64,000 bases of DNA from Malacoraja senta. Its lineage: Eukaryota. Below the pieces are notes generated by a model. It was given only the letters and a program-made list of their open reading frames with translations, was not told the origin of the DNA and ran no database searches. Both the position numbers and the translations under genes were made by a program. Positions 50,484-62,881 of this stretch are shown piece after piece (position 1 is the first letter of the stretch; each line of letters begins with the position of its first letter). Where the stretch lies: positions 3,038,001-3,102,000 of the forward strand of contig CM075991.1 of assembly GCA_038087875.1 (NCBI GenBank). The letters are read 5' to 3'.

Positions 50484-51689
50484 TATGAAACAATCTTACT
50501 TGGATGACCTGAAATTAAAGCATATAATTAGTTAGTTACCTAATTGTAGCTAATTACAAAATTCAATTACTAGATCTAAACATCTATCCATTTCATAAGA
50601 AAAGGTTAACATTTTTAAATAGCCGGTGTCCAAATAACATTCACACAAGAATTCATGATATAACATGATTTTGAAATCTCATTGTCATGAATTTATAGGC
50701 CAAATGGAAGGAATCTAGTGTTTAATTCCCGTAAATTAATGGCCATTTAAATCATCTTGCGAGTGAGGTTTTGTGGAACGCGATCGTTTGGAACGTTGCG
50801 GTTGCGGTGAATTTAAACCCCATATCGGCAGGAAAAACACTGCCGGTTCGTATGGGCCTTAATCACATTTTCGCTGATGAAATTTTGATTCTAAGAAGCA
50901 AGTTTATATATAAAATAGACGATTTACCTTATGTTTTGTCCCCTATGTGAGATCCGTCCCATTGTCGGCGTTGACAGCGTTAGAAGTAGATTTTTATTTT
51001 ACTCCAGCGATTAAATCGTCCAGCGGTTTAAAAAAAAAATTCAGAGAACGGCAGTCAGAACAATTTTTCAGCATCAGGTAGTAGCCCGAGAAAATACATC
51101 TCGGACAGGCAGGAGAAAACGGCATTTTAATCCCACCACCCCCCCCCCCCCCCTCAAAGGCGCCAAAGTCGCGCACACGGCCAGTGACAGAACTGCAGCG
51201 CCGCTGAAGGTAAGTTTTGTAACGTACCTACATAGATGATGCTTGACCTGCTGAGGTCCTCCAGCAGTTTATTTAGCATTATATTTAACAACATTAAAAA
51301 TAACTTTCCACGTATATTAGTTAGTATTTTTTGTACATTATTAATAATTAATATTTTTAATTAAAAAATATTGTTAAATCTTATATTTTAAAATATTGTT
51401 CAGTGTTTGCATATACAAGCAATTTTAGAAGCAACCCGTCTCCACTGAGCAAGCTATTTCCTACAAATGCTCCTGATCAGATACGTATATCGAAGGACAT
51501 TGTGGGAAACTAGAGAGGAAATTGCTGGAACCCTAGTTGAAATTTACGAGTCGACAATAAACACAGGGAAGGTGTCACAAGACTGGAGGGTGGCAAATGA
51601 GTCTCTATGCAAGAAGGGCTGCAGAGAAAATGCATGGAACTACAGGCCAGAGAGCTTAACATCTGTAGTTGGAAAGTTAATAGAGATTA

Positions 51690-54648
51690 GGCAAAAATGC
51701 TGGAGAAACTCAGCGTCTATGGAGCGAAGAAAATAGGCAACGTTTCGGGCCGAAACCCTTCTTCAGTGATGCAGGGGGGGGGGAGTGGTGGGGGGGGGGG
51801 GGGAGATGAAATGAAGAGGTGGAGCCAGAGGGCTGAGGGTGAGCTGAGAAGGGGAGGAGAAAGTAAATATTACTTGAAATTAGAGAAGTCAATGTTCATG
51901 CCGCTAGGGTACAGACTGCCCAAGCGAAATATGAGGTGCTGCTCCTCCAATTTCCGGTGGGCCTCACTCTGGCAATGGAGGAGGCCCAGGACAGAAAGGT
52001 CGGATTCGGAATGGGAGGGGGAGTTGAAGTGCTGAGCCACAGGGAGATCAGGTTGGTTAATCCGGACTGAGCGGAGGTGTTCGGCGAAATGATCGCCAAG
52101 CCTACGCATGGTCTCACCGATGTAGATCAGCTGACATCTAGAGCAGTGGATGCAATAGATGAGGTTGGAGGAGGTGCAGGTGAACCACTGTTGCACCTGG
52201 CACGACTGCTTGGGTCCTTGATTGGAGTTGAGGGGGGAGGTAAAGCGACACATGCAGCATCTCTTGCGGTTGCAAAGGAAAGTGCCCATGGAGAGGGTGG
52301 GAAGGGTGGGAAGGGAAGAATTGACCAGGGAGTTACGGAGGGACCGGTCTTTGCGGAAAGCAGACAGGGGGGGGAGATGGGAAGATGTGGCGAGTGGTGG
52401 GGTCACGTTGGAGGTGGTAAAAATGAGGGAGGACTATTTGTTGTATGTGACGGCTAGTGAGGTGGAAGGTCTCCAACGGATCCCTTCCTCGTGGACCCCC
52501 CGTCATGGACTTCCGGCTTTAGAACTTTTTATTTAAAACAGCCGGCGGGACATCAACCGCCTCAACTTCTCCACTCCCCTGTCTGACTCTAATCTCTCCC
52601 CCCCTGAAAGCACTGCCATCGACTCACTCCGCAACAACCCAGATTGCATTATCAAACCTGCCGACAAGGGAGGGACCGTGGTAGTCTGGCGCGTCGATCT
52701 CTACAAAGCTGAGGCCACGCGCCAACACTCGGACACCTCCTCTTACTTACCCCTGGACCATGACCCCACAGACAAGCACCAGGCCACTATCTCTAGCACC
52801 ATCACTGACTTCATCAACTCCGGCTCCCTGCCCCCCCCAAGCCTCCAACCTCATCGTTCCCCAGCCCCACACGGCCCGATTGTACCTTCTCACTAAAATC
52901 CACAAACCTGACTGTCCTGGCAGGCCCATTGTCTCTGCCTGTTCGTGCCCCAACAAACATATTTCCACATACCTCGACTCCATCCTATCCCCCTTGGTTA
53001 AATATCTCCCGACCTACGTTCAAGACACCTCAGACACTCTCCGTCGTCTCCAGGCATTCCGTTCTCTAGGCCCCCATCCCATCATCTTCACCATGGATGT
53101 CCAGTCACTTTACCCCTCCATCCCCCACCAGGATGGTCTCAAAGCCCTCCGGTTCTTCCTCAACCGGAGAACCAACCAATACCCGTCCACTGATACTCTC
53201 CTCAGCCTAGCGGAGTTGGTCCTTACCCTCAATAACTTTTTGTTTGACTCCTCCCATTACCTCTAAACACAATGCGTAGCTTTGGGCACGCGCATGGGCC
53301 CCAGCTACGACTGCCCCTTTGTATGGTACGTCGAACAATCCTTGTTCGAGACGTACCAGGGCCCCATCTCCAACCTCTACCTCTGCTACATCGACGATTG
53401 CATTGGTGCTACCTCCTGCACCCACACACCTCACTAACTTCATCAACTTCGCCACTAACTTCCATCCGGCACTCAAATACACCTGGACCATTTCTGACAC
53501 TTCCCTACCATTACTAGACCTCACTATCACCATCGCAGTTGATAGATTTTTGACTGACATCCACTATAAACCCACTGACTCCCATAGCTATCTAGACTAC
53601 ACTTCTTCCCACCCTGCTTCCTGTAAGGACTCCATCCCCTACTCCCAATTCCTCTGTCTACATCGCATCTGCTCCCAGGATGAGGTGTTCCACACCAGGG
53701 CATCGGAAATGTCCTCATTCTACAGGGAACGGGGGTTCCCCTCCCCTACCATAGATGAGGCTCTCACCAGGGTCTCTTCAATACCCCGTAACACTGCTCT
53801 CTCTCCCCATCCCCCCACTCGGAACAAGAGTCCCCCTAGTCCTCACCTTCCACCCCATTAGCCGTCACATACAACAAATAGTCCTCCCTCATTTTCGCCA
53901 CCTCCAACGTGACCCCACCACTTGCCACATCTTCACATCTCCCCCCCTGTCTGCTCCCTCCGTAGCTCCCTGGTCAATTCTTCCCTTCCCACCCGCACCA
54001 CCTCCTGCCCGGGCACTTTCCCTTGCAACCACAAGAGATGCCACACGTGTCGCTTTACCTCCCCCCTCGACTCCATTCAAGGACCCAAGCAGTCATTCCA
54101 GGTGCGACAGAGGTTCACCTGCATCTCCTCCAACCTCATCTATTGCATCCGCTGCTCTAGATGTCAGCTGATCTACATCGGTGAGACCAAGCGTAGGCTT
54201 GGCCATCGTTTCGCCGAACACCTCCGCTCGGTCAGCATTAACCAACCTGATCTCCCTGTGGCTCAGCACTTCAACTCTCCCTCCCATTCCGAATCTGACC
54301 TTTCTGTCCTGAGCCTCCATTGCCAGAGTGAGCACCACCGGAAACTGGAGGAGCAACACCTCATGTTCCGCTGGGGCAGTCTGCATCCCAGTGGCCTGAA
54401 CATTGACTTCTCCAATTTCTGGTAGCCCTTGCTGTCTCCTCCCCTTCTCAGCTCTCCCTCAGCCCTCTGGCTCGTCCTCTTCCTTTCTTCTTCACCCCCC
54501 CCCCCCCACCCTGCATCAGTCTGAAGAAGGGTTTCGGCCCGAAACGTTGCCTATTTCCTTCGCTCCATAGATGCTGCCGCACCGGCTGAGTTTCTCCAGC
54601 ATTTGTGACTACCTTTGATTTTCCAGCATCTGCAGTTCCTTCTTGAAC
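51690..54648 (+). mobile_element. Penelope-like element with inverted 5' segment
   Basis: 51691-52467 is an antisense GIY-YIG + pLTR segment. 52468-54648 is sense RT + GIY-YIG + pLTR + tail (gcatctgcagttccttcttgaac), with frameshifts. Confidence 0.9.
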
Positions 54649-55020
54649 AAGTTATTCAAGATTATTCTGAGGGATAGGATATACAGGCATTTAGATGGAC
54701 AAGGGCTGATTAGGGACATTCAGCAAGGTTTTGTCCATGGGAGATCGTGCCTCACAAATCTGATTGAGTTTTTTGAGGATGTGACCAAAACGGTTGGTGA
54801 GGCAGAATTATAGATGTATACTAGACTAAGTGGAACTTGTTGGGTCCCATGTTCACACAGGAGGGCTGGTCCCCCAACGCAATATTCTACCTCTCCACCA
54901 ATTCCAATATTGGTGGCCAGTGGGGAGGGGGCTTTCTGGAGCGCTAGTATGGGTGTTGTGGGCCAAAGGGACTGGTTTACAGAGGGCTAGTATGGACATT
55001 GTGGGCCGAATGGATTATTG

Positions 55021-55385
55021 GGCTGACAGCTCAGTCACTCAGGCCTGGCAGCTCAGTCACTGAGGCCTGACAGCTCAGTCACTCAGGCCTAGCAACTCAG
55101 TCACTCAGGCCTGGCAGCTCAGGCCTGGCAGCTCAGTCACTCAGGCCTGGCAGCTCATTCACTCAGGCCTGGCAGCTCAGTCACTCGGGCCTGGCAGCTC
55201 AGTCACTCAGGCCTGGTGGGCTGGCAGCTCAGTCACTCAGGCCTGGCGGGTGGCAGCTCAATCACTCAGGCCTGGTGTGCTGGCAACTCACTCACTCACT
55301 CAGGGCTGGTGGGCTGGCAGCGCATTCACTCAGGCCTGGTGGGGCTGGCAGCTCACTCACTCAGGGCTTGTGGGCTGGCAGCTCA
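55021..55385 (+). repeat. 22-bp minisatellite
   Basis: Unit ggcagctcagtcactcaggcct, degenerating into longer variants. Confidence 0.9.
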
Positions 55386-55764
55386 GAACCTGGGGGGGGG
55401 GGGGTGGAGAATCAATTTTAGAAATTTTTCATATTTTTCTACAGATCACAGCAATGAAGAAGGAAAGCCTATCCTGGCCTGGATCTCACAGGGAGCCAAT
55501 GTAGGGAGGGAGAAAAATACTGGGCTGAGGTTTAATACTTACTGATGGGCCGAAGGGTCACCTCCTGGGCTAGTACTTGCCTGATGGGCCGAAGAGACAA
55601 AAAAATCTGAGTGAAATCTCAGTGAAAGGCACTTTTTCTGGACATTTCCTGGCCTGGCATGGGTCTTTTTGGCCAAAATGCTCCTCCTGGGCTAATGCGG
55701 GCATTTTGGGCAAAAGGGACTGGTTTCTGGGCTAATAGGGGCCTTTGGGCCAAAATGATTGGTT

Positions 55765-56860
55765 TCAAGAACAAAATCCATTTCCTTTCAAATAAAGCAG
55801 AGTGCAAGGCCAACAACAAAATCCATTCCATTTCAAGTCAAGCACAGTGCAGGGCCAACAATTCAATCCATTCCATTTCAAGTCAAACAAAGTGCAAGGC
55901 CAAGAACAAAATCCATTTCATTTCAAATCAAGCACAGTGCAGGTCCAGGAACAAAATCCATTTCATTTCAAGTCAAGCACAGTGCAGGGCCAAGAACAAA
56001 ATTCATTTAATTGCAATTCAAGCACAGTCCAATGCCAACAATTCAATCCACTCCATTCCAAGTCAAGCACAGTGCAAGGCCAACAATTCAAACCATTCCA
56101 TTCCAAGTCAAGCACAGTGCAGGGCCAACAATTCAATCTATTCCATTGCAAGTCAAGCACAGTGCAGGGCCATCAATTCAATCCATTCCATTCCATTCCA
56201 AGTCAAGCACAGTGCAAGGCCAACAATTCAATCCATTCCATTGCAAGTCAAGCACAGTGCAGGGCCAACAATTGAATCCATTCAATTCCAAGTCAAGCAC
56301 AGTGCAGGGCCAAGAACAAAATCAATTTCCTTTCAAGTCAAGCACAGTGCAGGGCCAAGAACAAACCCCATTTCATTTCAAATAAAGCACAGTGCAGGGC
56401 CAACAACAAAATCCATTCCATTTCAAGTCAAGCACAGTGCAGGGCCATCAATTCAATCCATTCCATTTCAAGTCAAGTACAGTGCACGGCCAAGAACAAA
56501 ATCCTTTTAATTTCAAGTCAGGCACAGTGCAGGGCAAGAACAAAATCCATGTCCTTTCAAGTCAAGCACAGTACAGGACCAACAACAAAATCCATTTAAT
56601 TCCAGGTCAAGCACAGTGCGGACCAATTATTCAATACATTCCATTTCAAGTCAAGCACAGTGCAGGGCCAAGAATAAAATCCATGTCCTTTCAAGTCAAG
56701 CACAGTGCAGGGCCAAGAACAAAATACACTTCCTTTCAAGTCAAGCACAGTGCAGGGCCAAGAACAAAATCCAATTCATTTCAAGTCAAGCACAGTGCAG
56801 GACCAACAATTCAATCCATTTCATTTCAAGTCAAGCACAGTGCAGGGCTAACAATTCAGT
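55765..56860 (+). repeat. 45-bp minisatellite (~24 units, two variant types)
   Basis: Unit caagtcaagcacagtgcagggcca followed by either acaattcaatccattccattt or agaacaaaatccatttcattt. Confidence 0.95.
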
Positions 56861-57075
56861 TCACTCACTGGGCAGGCACAGTTCAATTCACAGACGGGGC
56901 GGGCACAGTTCAATTGTCTCACGGGGCAGGAACAGTTCAATTCACTTACGGGTCAGGCACAGTTCAATTCACTCACGGGGCAGGCACAGTTCAATTCACT
57001 CACGGGGCAGGCACAGTTCAACTGACTCATGGGGCAGGCACAGTTCAATCAGCACGGTACAGACACAGTTCAGTT
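56861..57075 (+). repeat. 27-bp minisatellite
   Basis: Unit ggggcaggcacagttcaattcactcac. Confidence 0.9.
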
Positions 57076-58004
57076 CACACACGGCGTAGAATCAAAGTTC
57101 TGGATTCAACTCTCACTCACGGTCTTCCAGTGTGACTGACTCATGTCCGGCATCCGGGGCTTTATACTCCTAGCCCCCTGGAAGGGGCGTTACCCCCATC
57201 ATGGTGAGTGACAGGTGAGAAGACCAATCAGCTGATCTCACAATTTTTTAAATATTCATAACATTTCTATTATTTCACCGATCGGAAAAAAACCTTGGGG
57301 CGGTTGGAGGAGAGGAGGACAGTGAGTAATCTGGTGAAAAAAGTATACCGATATAGGATAGCGTATTTCTAAAATGTATTTACAATGTAGACAGGAAGTG
57401 GGACAAGATGAGACTTTTAGTAGTAGTATAGATAGATATGGACTTGAGCAAAGCATTCAACAAGGTTTCATATGGTAGGCTGCTCTGAAGTGTTAGATCG
57501 CACGGGAGCCATGGAGAGATAGCTGAATGGATAGAAAATTGGCTTCATGGAAGGAAATCCATCATGGGTGATGGTAGAATGTTGATTCTTGGACTGGAGG
57601 CCTGTGACCAGTGGTGCCTCAGGGTGCAGTGCTGGGCCCATTACTGTTTGGAATGATTTGGATAAGAACATACATGGCGAGATTAGTTAGTTGCAGATAA
57701 TATAAAAGTGGGTGGTATTTCAAATAGTGATGATTATGAAAAATTGCAATAGGATCTTGATCGGTTGGCCAGATGGGCTGAGGAGTGGTTGACGGAATTT
57801 AATCCAGAGAAATGTGAGGTGTTTCATTTTGGGAAGTCTAACTTGGGCAGGACATACACAGTTAATGTTGGGGCTCTGGGGAGTGTTGTAGAGCAGAGGG
57901 ATGTAGGAGTGCAGGTACATACTTCCTTGAAGGTAGAGTCACAGGTGGATAGGTCAAAAAGACTTTTGGCACATTGGTCTTCATCAGTCAGAGTATTGAG
58001 TATA

Positions 58005-58174
58005 TAATGTGTAGGAAAGAACTGCAGATGTTAGTTTAAATCGTTGGTTGACACAAAATGCTGGAGTATGCTGGAGTATGACTGAAGAAGGGTCTCGACC
58101 TGAAACATCACCCATTCCTTTTCTCCAGAGATGCTGCCTGTCCTGCTGAGTTACTCCAGCATTTTGTGCCTACC
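58005..58174. mobile_element. Short Penelope pLTR derivative with 11-bp TSD, inside the CR1
   Basis: TSD tattgagtata at 57994-58004 and 58175-58185; core ctgaagaagggtctcgacctgaaacatc. Confidence 0.85.
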
Positions 58175-59699
58175 TATTGAGTATACTGCATAGGTTGGGA
58201 GATCATGTTGCAGTTATATAGGACGTTGGTGAGGCCGCATTTGGAGTATTGTGTTCAGTTTTGGGCACCTTGTTATAGGAAAGATGTTCCAAAGCTAGAA
58301 AGGGTACAGAAAAGATTTACGAGGATGTTTCCAGTACTCGAAGGTCTGAGCTATAGGGAGAAGTTGAGTATCCTGGGACTCTATTCCTTGCAGCGCAGGA
58401 GGACGAGGAGTGATCTTATAGAGGTGTACAAAATCATGAGAGGAATAGATTGGGTAGATGAACAGAATTTCTTACCCAGGGTAGCGGAATTGAGGACCAG
58501 AGGACACGTATTTAAGGTGAAGGGGAACAGATTTAATAGGAATCTGGGGGTTCCTTTTTCACACAAAGGGTGATGGGTGTATGGAACAAGCTGCCAGAGG
58601 AGGTAGCTGAGGCAGGGACTTTCGCAAATTTTAAGAAATAGACAGGTACATGGATAGGACAGATTTAGAGGTATGTAGGCCAAACACAGGCAGGTGGGAT
58701 TAGTCAAGCTTGGACATTTTGACCGGTGTAGGAAAGTTGGGCCTAAGAAGGGTATTTTTCCATGTTGAATTACTCTATGACTCTATCTGCAACTTGATTT
58801 ATTTGCATCTTCCTTGCTTGTCCCAGATCAAGTTGTTACATGAGATATTTGTTTTCATCACTCTTCACGCTGTCTACGTTTTGTTTTCATTTCTGGAACT
58901 TAGATTCCTTCTTATTCTTCATGTTTTTCCAATGAATTCTAATAGAAAACAACAGGCTAAACAGCTACCCAATCAACAGGTTGCTGTTCCTCACAAAGTA
59001 ACTCTTTGCTCATTCTCTTTTCATTCACACATTGTGAGCATTGCAATTCCTAAACCAAATTGCCTTCCACAAATCACCACCAGAGTGCGCTGTCTACTTT
59101 ACATGCTCTGTGTCCAAAGCTCCCTACATCACACTATATGGTGGTTTTAAAATTATTACAATCAGAAAAGATGGTGGCCATATTGATCTTGTGTGAGATG
59201 CAGCAAAAATGTATCACATTTCTGCAACAGAGGCATTCTGTAAACTTGTAGTTCCGTGCATTTATTTTACAGGACAGGTGATATACAATGTGAACATGGA
59301 CAAAGTGTGAACGTGGATGGCTCCGTGCACTAACACACCTCTGGGCACTCAGTTTGAGATCAGGCTGCAAGAATACATGTTTCTCTAGCAGCATTTACAC
59401 AGTAGGTTAATAGCATTAAACAGTTTTGGTTAACAGTTTGTATTAAATCTGCATTCACACATCTGTGACATTAATTATCCATCAGTTGTCATCTTACATC
59501 CAACTGTACCTATGAGAATACTTGATATATCTGATTAAAGATAACCAACATAGAAATTGATCTAGTAATAACTTTTTGTAAAGTTTTCGACCATTGATTT
59601 GGCATTTCCCATCAAGTGTGAGAAATTAAGTTTACTAGTTAAGGGTGCCCTGGTTTCAACATGTTCTAACTGAACGTGCAATTTCCAAATGGAGCTGTT

Positions 59700-60210
59700 C
59701 CCAATCACAGCTTAGCTTGGGAACAGCTCCATCCAAGACCGCAAGAAATTGCAGTGAATTGTGGACGCAGCCCAGACCATCACATGAACCAACCTCCCTT
59801 CTATTGAGACTCCATTTATACCTCATGCTGCCTCGGCAAGGCCAGCAGCAGAATCAATAACAAGTCGCTCCCTGGCCACTTCCTCTTCTCCGCCTCCCCC
59901 ATCAGGCAAAAGGTATAGAAGTGTGAAAACACACACCTCCAGATTCAGGGACAGTTCCCCAATGTTATCAGTCAACTGAATCAACCTACCACAACCAGAG
60001 AGCAGTGCTGACAGCAGTGCTGACCCTCGGAATATCCTTGATCGCACTTTGCTGGCTTTACCTTGCACTAAACATTATTCCCTTATCATGTATCTATACA
60101 CTGTATATGGCTCGATTGTAACAATGTACTGTCTTTCTACTGACTGGATAGCATGCAACAAAAGCTTTTCACTGTACCCCAGTACACGTGACAATAATAA
60201 AATTAACTAA
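59700..60210 (+). mobile_element. Non-LTR retrotransposon 3' end (Rex1/Babar- or L2-like)
   Basis: Decayed KKLQ.IVDAAQ...HPGH.LF..LPSGKRYR-like coding remnant and a cactgtacc...gtacacgtgacaataataaa tail. Confidence 0.6.
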
Positions 60211-61145
60211 ATGGCAGATGAAGCTCATCTTACATCCAACTGCATCTATGACAATATTAGATACATCTGATACAGCTACCAACATCGAAATTGATCCATC
60301 AATGACATTGGATAATAATCAGTGAAAATATTTTTAAAACCAATGTAACTTACTATTATGCAGTTAGACAGATTTGCTAGTATTCTTGCAACATTTTGGA
60401 TAACCATACTTGAGATGATGAGAAGGGAAATCTGTCCCCAAGTCAAACTTACTGCACAAGGAAGAGAAATGATAAATTATTTGTATCAATTACTGTAAAA
60501 ACATCAATATAGGTTTTATAGAATTGTGCTGTGGTGATGTAGAGCAGTTTCTGGATTGGGAGTGGATCTAGATAGGCATAACAATTGGGTACTGATACAA
60601 CATTTGAATTGGCTACTCTAATAATTCAGTAGTAACTCAGCGGGATAGGCAGCACCTCTGGAGAGAAGATGAATGGGTGACATTTCAGGTCGAGACCCTT
60701 CTTCAGACTGGTTAGGGATAAGGGAAACGAGAGATATGGACGGTGATGTGGAGAGATAAAGAACAATGAATGGACATGTTTGGAGGGATATGGACCAAAC
60801 GCAGGCAGGTGGGACTAGTGTTGTTGGGACATGTTGGCCAGTGTGGGCAAGTTGGGCCAAAGGGCCGTTTCCACCCTGTATCACTCTATGACTCTATCTA
60901 CAGTCATGGAGAGAATGTGCAAACACGACGCTGACAGCACCTGCGGTCAGGATTGGACCCATGTCTCTGGTGCTGTGCCAGTGTATGTGTCTTACAATTC
61001 AGTATGCCTCAGGTGTCACCTGTGATTTTGAAAACTGTGCCATGTAGACCCAATTAATCCACCTTGAGAAAAGTATAATACCGAATCCTGGGGAAATCTA
61101 TGGTGCACATATGTCTATTCTGTAAAAAAACTCTTATTCCTGGAA

Positions 61146-61304
61146 GTGTAGGAAAGAACTGTAAATACTTGTTTAAATGGAAGATAGACACAAAGTAACT
61201 CAGCGGGCCAAGCAGCATCCCTGGAGAGAAGGAATGGGTGACGTTTTGGGTCGAGACCCTTCTTCACAGTCTCGCTGATTTACTCCAGCTTTTTGTGTCT
61301 ATCT
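61146..61304. mobile_element. Short palindromic Penelope pLTR derivative
   Basis: gtaggaaagaactg tail and aagatagacacaaa / tttgtgtctatctt arms. Imperfect TSD tcttattcctggaa / tcttgttcctagaa. Confidence 0.75.
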
Positions 61305-61825
61305 TCTTGTTCCTAGAATGCAGTTAATTCTCTATTCATGCCATTGAAGCCTGCCTTATCCTCCTGATAGGGCAAGTCCACTGTGTGGCACTTTGCAGAT
61401 GGCTTTTGGAAACGCATAGAATCATAAAGTGATACAGTGTGGAAACAGGCCCCTCGGCCCAACTTGCCCACACTGACCAACATGGCTACACTAGTCCCAC
61501 CTGCCTGCATTTGGTCCATATCCGTCCAAACCTGTCCTCTCCATGTACCTGTCTAACTGTTTCTTAAATGTTAGGATAGTCCCAGCCTCAACTACCACCT
61601 CTAGCAGCTTGTTCCACACACCCACCAACCTTTGTATGAAAAGGTTACCCCTCAATTTCCTATTAAATATTTTACGACTTCCGGTGGCGCTATGGAGGCT
61701 TGAGTCCAGCGCCAACTAGCTCCATGCCGAAGAAACTTAAAACGGGAGAAAATCGGGTTTTACCTGCAGCGATCGCGATCTGAACGGCTGCCTGCGTGAC
61801 GTCATCAGGCGCGCTACTTTACGGT

Positions 61826-62881
61826 ATGTCTTTACAACGTACCCCCACCCGTGTGACACAAAAAAAAGGCGCTAAAGGGAAATCGCAGCCGGAAGAGGAA
61901 GGCCCTACAGAGACCTCGGCCTCAGTTACAACGTCGCCCCAGGAAGAACCTCCGAAGAAAACAAAACAGAAAAAGTCCGAAATGGAGGATCTTAAAGCTT
62001 TTCTCGTTGCCGAATTGAAAACCGAATTGAAAACCTTTGGAGAGAATTTTGGAGAGAAATTTAAAGAGGATCTCTACTCTTTCAAGGTAGATTTTAAAGC
62101 AGAAATGCTTTCTACCGTTCAACAAATACTGGAAATCTGGAAAAGGACGACGGAGGAAGAAGTCAAGGATCAGATGGAAACGCTGGAAGCCAGGCTCGTT
62201 TCGGTGGAAGCGAGTGTCAATATGGATGTGGCCCCCATTCGTCACGAACTTGATCAACATAGAACAGCGATAACCGAACTTGAGAAATGGGTGGCGACAA
62301 GTGAGGAAACTGTAGCTCTACTCCTTACTGAAAACCAACGCCTCTCCGATATGGTGATCAAATTAAATGATAAATGTACCGATTTGGAGGGTCGTCAAAG
62401 ACGTACGAACCTAAGAATTGTAGGGGTGAAAGAAGGAAGTGAGAAGGAAATGGGCACTCGGGATTTTGTGGCAGACCTATTACAAAAAGCCTTAAAATTG
62501 GATCACAAACCTTCACTCGGTCGAGCTCATAGAGCGCAGCGACGTCGTACACAAGATGAAGCCCATCCAAGAGAAATCATCGTAAAGGTGCAACTGGATC
62601 ATGAATTTGACGATATAATGAAGAAAACTGTTCAAGGCGGACAGCTCCTTTTTGAAGGTGTGAGATTCAGTATTTACTGAGATTATCCGGCAGAAGTCTT
62701 CAAGAAAAGAGCGCTGTTCACTGAGACAAAAAGAATACTGAAGAATGTACATGGTTTGAGATACGGCCTGCTTTATCCCGCAAGACTAAGAGTCACCTAC
62801 AAGTCCAAGGAGCTATTTTTTACGAACCACGAACAAGCACTGAAATATGCCAAAGAAATCGGGAACCTGACCGCAGACTGA
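61826..62881 (+). pseudogene. L1 ORF1p with one premature TGA (62678-62680)
   Basis: Coiled coil, DLEGRQRRTNLRIVGVKEG, RAHR and PREIIVK. After the stop the frame continues DYPAEV..KR...YGLLYPARLRVT to TGA at 62881. Confidence 0.9.

Larger units (their letters stand above)
48207..51230. mobile_element. Non-autonomous DNA transposon with TAG...CTA ends (Academ-like), split by a Penelope insertion
   Basis: Termini tagcattgttacaaaattt / aagttttgtaacgtaccta are imperfect TIRs, flanked by gat and cat. It interrupts an old pLTR remnant that resumes at 51231. Confidence 0.55.
54821..57436 (-). mobile_element. Non-autonomous Helitron carrying minisatellites
   Basis: Minus strand reads A|TCTATCTATACTACTACTAAAAGTCTCATCTTGTCC ... 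CCACTTAGTCTAG|T, the same termini as 26153-27136. Excision restores CR1 gatgtatatatggac. Confidence 0.87.
51470..58790 (+). mobile_element. Old CR1 LINE fragmented by three later insertions
   Basis: Collinear pieces at 51470-51689 (DWRVAN..NYRP.SLTSVVGK), 54649-54820 (SCLTNLIEFFEDVT), 57437-58004 and 58175-58790 (YRTLVRPHLEYCVQFW). Confidence 0.88.

Noticed and set aside
55765..56860. CRISPR-like array (constant 24-mer alternating with variable segments)
   Set aside because: The variable parts are two recurring related variants, not unique spacers. There are no cas genes, the context is eukaryotic, and the array is a minisatellite inside a Helitron.
55659..57135. Long repeat ORFs (283, 157, 247 aa) as real genes
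   Set aside because: Openness follows from stop-free 45- and 27-bp units. Frames shift at indels, and there is no splice, promoter or homology support.
58710..59394. ORFs of 146 and 86 aa in unique-looking sequence
   Set aside because: No recognisable homology, and the first begins inside a CR1 tail.
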